This document shows, one piece after another, positions 50,017 to 53,026 of a stretch of 53,026 bases of DNA. The notes below the pieces were generated by a model. That model worked only from the letters and a program-made list of their open reading frames with translations, ran no database searches and had not been told where the DNA came from. The DNA comes from a bacterium (GTDB lineage: Bacteria; Patescibacteriota; Minisyncoccia; Minisyncoccales; DAOWIS01): contig DAOWIS010000015.1 in assembly GCA_030640805.1 (NCBI GenBank), positions 1-53,026 of the forward strand. Reading direction: 5' to 3'. How positions within the stretch are numbered: the stretch's first letter is position 1; each line of letters starts with the position of its first letter. Made by a program: the position numbers and the translations under genes.

Positions 50017-50108
50017 AATGTCCAATCAATGACCAATTCCTAAATGATTAAATTACTATTCCGTCATTTGATATTTAAGCATTCATTTGACATTTGGATT
50101 TTGTCATT
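50017..50108. repeat. 92-nt intergenic repeat, identical to 47928-48019
   Basis: My letter-by-letter comparison found both copies identical over 92 nt. The 3' end overlaps the rsmH stop codon. Confidence 0.9.
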
Positions 50109-50976
50109 AGGAATTTTTAAGGGCTGCTCTTAATTTTGCACTTCTGGCTCGAGGATTATTTCTGATTTCTTCTAAAGTAGGACGAATTGGCTTTTTGGTT
50201 AAAATTCTGACTAGTCCCTCTTTAGATTTATCTCTTAAAAAATTTTTAACTATTCTATCCTCTAAAGAATGAAAAGAAATAACTACTAATCTTCCTTTTG
50301 GTTCTAATACATTTATTGCTTGGGATAAAACTTTTTCTAAATTTTCTAATTCATTATTTACGGCAATTCTTAAGGCCTGAAAGGTTCTGGTAGCAAAATG
50401 GATCCGCTGGTGTAGATATCTTCTGGATATTGCTTTTTTAACAACCTCTATTAATCGAAAAGTAGTTTTAATAGGTCTTACTTTCCTTTCTTTAATTATT
50501 TCCCTGGCTATCCTTCTGGCAAATCTTTCTTCTCCATATTCTCTTAGGATTTTCTCAATTTCTTTTTCCAGCCAAGTATTAATAATCTCTTCTGCTGTGA
50601 AATTGTTTTTTCTGTATCTCATATCTAGGGATTCATCTCTTTGGAAAGAAAATCCCCTTCCGCTTTTTTCAAGATGCCAACTGGAAATGCCTAAATCAAG
50701 TAAAATTCCCTGAACCGGTCCAAAATTATATTTTTCAACAATAATTTTTAAATTTCTAAAATTGTCATTAACTAAAATTAATCTTTCTATCGATGCTAAA
50801 TTCTTAATAAGTTCTGAGTCCACCTCAATTCCTAAAACCTTGCCTTTTGGTCGGTTCTTCTCAAGGATGGCAGTTGCGTGACCGCCACTGCCGATTGTGC
50901 AATCAATAAAATTCTGATTTGCTTTTGGATTTAAATAATCTAAAACTTCTTTTTGAAGAACAGGAATGTGTTTCAT
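50107..50976 (-). CDS. rsmH: 16S rRNA (cytosine1402-N4)-methyltransferase RsmH
   Basis: HIPVLQKEVLDYL, DCTIGSGGH, LLDLGISS and ISFHSLEDRIVK motifs. The start at MKHIPVL is preferred. Confidence 0.9.
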   Translation of the reverse strand: MKHIPVLQKEVLDYLNPKANQNFIDCTIGSGGHATAILEKNRPKGKVLGIEVDSELIKNLASIERLILVNDNFRNLKIIVEKYNFGPVQGILLDLGISSWHLEKSGRGFSFQRDESLDMRYRKNNFTAEEIINTWLEKEIEKILREYGEERFARRIAREIIKERKVRPIKTTFRLIEVVKKAISRRYLHQRIHFATRTFQALRIAVNNELENLEKVLSQAINVLEPKGRLVVISFHSLEDRIVKNFLRDKSKEGLVRILTKKPIRPTLEEIRNNPRARSAKLRAALKNS

Positions 50977-50986
50977 TATTTCATTA

Positions 50987-51418
50987 TTAAATGCCGAGGT
51001 CTGATAGTCTTTCTGCCATATCACCAATTTCCTTCTCAGTTTTCTGTTTATAAACCTTCCAATTATCCTCACTCCAGATTTCAATATGATTGTAAAGACC
51101 AACAATTATTACTTTTTTCTTTAATTTGGCGTATTTTTTTAAATAATCCGGAACTAAAACTCTTCCTAAATTATCTAACTGGGCCTCCATTGCCCCGGCC
51201 AGCATTAATCTTACGAAGCCTCGAGCATCAGCTTTTCCTTGAGGAAGTTTTCCTAACTTCTCAGCTACTCTTTTCCATTCCGATGAGGGATAAAGAAAAA
51301 GACAGGTATCTAAGCCTCTAGTTATAATAGAGAATTTACCTAATTCTTTCCGGAATTTAGACGGAATAGATAATCTCTTTTTATTATCAATAGTATGAGA
51401 ATATTCACCGATAAACAT
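50987..51418 (-). CDS. mraZ: Transcriptional regulator MraZ
   Basis: MFIGEY...DNKKRLSIPSKFR and a second SpoVT-AbrB repeat (LDNLGRVLVP). Confidence 0.9.
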   Translation of the reverse strand: MFIGEYSHTIDNKKRLSIPSKFRKELGKFSIITRGLDTCLFLYPSSEWKRVAEKLGKLPQGKADARGFVRLMLAGAMEAQLDNLGRVLVPDYLKKYAKLKKKVIIVGLYNHIEIWSEDNWKVYKQKTEKEIGDMAERLSDLGI

Positions 51419-51570
51419 AATTTAAAACATTTTTAAAGTTATCCCCAAAGCATACAACTTATCCCCTAATTATCCACAATTTCCCACTTCATCCTTATTA
51501 TAATCCACTAAAAACCTAAGTCAACCCAGAGTTTTCCACAACCCTCATTCCAATAATCCAATATAAAAAA

Positions 51571-51589
51571 ACAGAGAACCGTTCTCTGT
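51571..51589 (-). terminator. Bidirectional terminator (ACAGAGAAC-C-GTTCTCTGT)
   Basis: A perfect 9-bp-arm palindrome flanked by A7 and T5. Confidence 0.65.
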
Positions 51590-51623
51590 TTTTATCTAAC
51601 ATCTAAAATCTAACATCTATCAC

Positions 51624-52187
51624 CTAACTAAACTCCCCTTCTCCTTTTTTAAGAATACCTGCGGCATTGCCTTCATCAGTGTCTAAATGAACAGACATTT
51701 TGTAATCTTTAGATATTCTTACTTTTACCTTATTAAAAATTAATTTTCTATCTCCTTTTATTTTTAGAGAAACAAAATCTCCATTTTTTAACTCCAATTT
51801 TTTTCCTTCTTCTAAGGAAAGATGAAGATGCCGCCAAGGAACAATCACTCCTTCTAAAATCTCTATCTCTCCTTGAGGACCAATTAAGGTTATTCCTGGC
51901 GTTCCTTTTAAATCACCTGATGACCTCAAGGGAACTTCCATTCTTAAATTAATAGCGTCAGTGAAAGAAAGTTCTACCTGGGTCTGAGAACGAATTGGTC
52001 CTACTATCCGAACTTTAGAAATTTTTCTTTCATTCTTTTGAATGTCTAAAATTTCTTCAGCGGCAAACTGACCGGGCTGGCTAAGATCTCTTAACTTCTT
52101 TAATTGATAATTCTTGCCAAAAAGTTTTCCCAGGTCTTCCTGGGATAAATGAATGTGACGAGCAGAAATTTCAATAGGAACAAGCAT
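51624..52187 (-). CDS. pduL: Phosphate propanoyltransferase PduL-like
   Basis: IEISARHIHLS, QPGQFAAEE, WRHLHLS and HLDTDEGNAAG are PduL-like motifs. Confidence 0.75.
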   Translation of the reverse strand: MLVPIEISARHIHLSQEDLGKLFGKNYQLKKLRDLSQPGQFAAEEILDIQKNERKISKVRIVGPIRSQTQVELSFTDAINLRMEVPLRSSGDLKGTPGITLIGPQGEIEILEGVIVPWRHLHLSLEEGKKLELKNGDFVSLKIKGDRKLIFNKVKVRISKDYKMSVHLDTDEGNAAGILKKGEGEFS

Positions 52188-52290
52188 AACAAAAAAAATT
52201 TAAATTCCCAATTTTAAATTTTAAATCAATTTTAAATGTCTAAATGATTAATTGAAAATTGGAAATTAGAAATTGAAAATTATTAAGTAT

Positions 52291-53026
52291 TTATAATTTC
52301 TTTCCTATGTATTCGGCGAATTCTGCCAATCGGCAGGCATAGCCCCATTCATTGTCATACCAAGCAAGGATTTTTATTAAATCATTTTCAACCATTGTAA
52401 AATCAGCATCAATAATAGCTGAATAAGAATTACCTTTATAATCCGCTGAAACCAAAGGAGCATCCTCCACTGTTAAAATTCCTTTTAACTCTTCTTTTTG
52501 AGAGGCCTCTCTAAATTTATTATTAACTTTCTTGGGGGTAGTTTTCTTTTTAACTTTAGCCACAAAATCAACAATGGAAACTGTTGGTGTAGGGACTCGC
52601 AAGGCAATACCATCTAATTTTCCTTTTAATTTCGGAATTACTTTAGTAGTAGCAACTACTGCTCCGGTGGTAGTGGGAATAATAGAAAGAGCCGCAGCCC
52701 TAGCTCTTCTTAAATCTTTATGAGGCAAATCTAAAATTTTCTGATCATTAGTATAACTGTGAATAGTGGTCATAAAACCATTCTTGATTTTAAAACTATC
52801 ATTCAAAACTTTTACTATTGGAGCCAGACAATTAGTGGTGCAAGAACCCATGTCCATAACTTCGTCTTTTTGGGAGTCAAACTTTTCTTCATTAACGCCT
52901 AAAACAAAACCTGGGATTTCTTTTGATTTGCCAGGAGCCGAAATTATCACTTTTTTAGCGCCGGCTTTAATGTGCTTCTTTGCATCTTTTAGTTGTCTAA
53001 AAAATCCTGTACACTCCAAAACGATA
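52291..53026 (-). CDS. gap: Glyceraldehyde-3-phosphate dehydrogenase, C-terminal part; the N-terminus lies beyond the window
   Basis: Active site SCTTNCLAP, and WYDNEWGY near the C-terminus. The frame is open to the window end. Confidence 0.9.
   Translation of the reverse strand, partial: IVLECTGFFRQLKDAKKHIKAGAKKVIISAPGKSKEIPGFVLGVNEEKFDSQKDEVMDMGSCTTNCLAPIVKVLNDSFKIKNGFMTTIHSYTNDQKILDLPHKDLRRARAAALSIIPTTTGAVVATTKVIPKLKGKLDGIALRVPTPTVSIVDFVAKVKKKTTPKKVNNKFREASQKEELKGILTVEDAPLVSADYKGNSYSAIIDADFTMVENDLIKILAWYDNEWGYACRLAEFAEYIGKKL

Overview
This is an AT-rich, gene-dense, mostly minus-strand window. It looks like a small-genome Patescibacteria/CPR-type bacterium, which I infer from gene content and sequence style rather than prove. 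Housekeeping content includes the hrcA-grpE-dnaK-dnaJ heat-shock cluster with a CIRCE operator, and gltX and aspS. A split dcw cell-wall cluster is present (mraZ-rsmH-ftsL-ftsI-murF; mraY-murD-ftsW-murG; murC). Also present are dnaB-recR, rplU, rmuC, an AmmeMemoRadiSam triad, a two-component pair, a P-type ATPase/CaCA antiporter operon, three clear tRNAs and one aberrant tRNA-like sequence. The standout is the locus at about 26.06-27.85 kb. It holds eight tandem ~43-nt units, each with two conserved blocks and two unique 8-9-nt variable segments. The units are arranged as an ORF-less array plus a second array that is split by a 389-aa ORF. That ORF carries an IS110-Tnp/Nop-like helix-hairpin-helix domain but no RuvC DEDD domain. 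I interpret the locus as a TIGR-Tas-like dual-guide RNA system, possibly a variant form, sitting beside a HicAB toxin-antitoxin pair. Other observations:
- a structured leader with an attenuator upstream of the cation ATPase operon
- an in-frame TGA in dnaK
- a frameshift in ftsW at an A9 tract
- several families of palindromic and heptamer-periodic repeats, some inserted in frame into essential genes
- inverted repeats bracketing dnaB-recR

All calls come from reading the sequence and the ORF track by eye. No searches were run.
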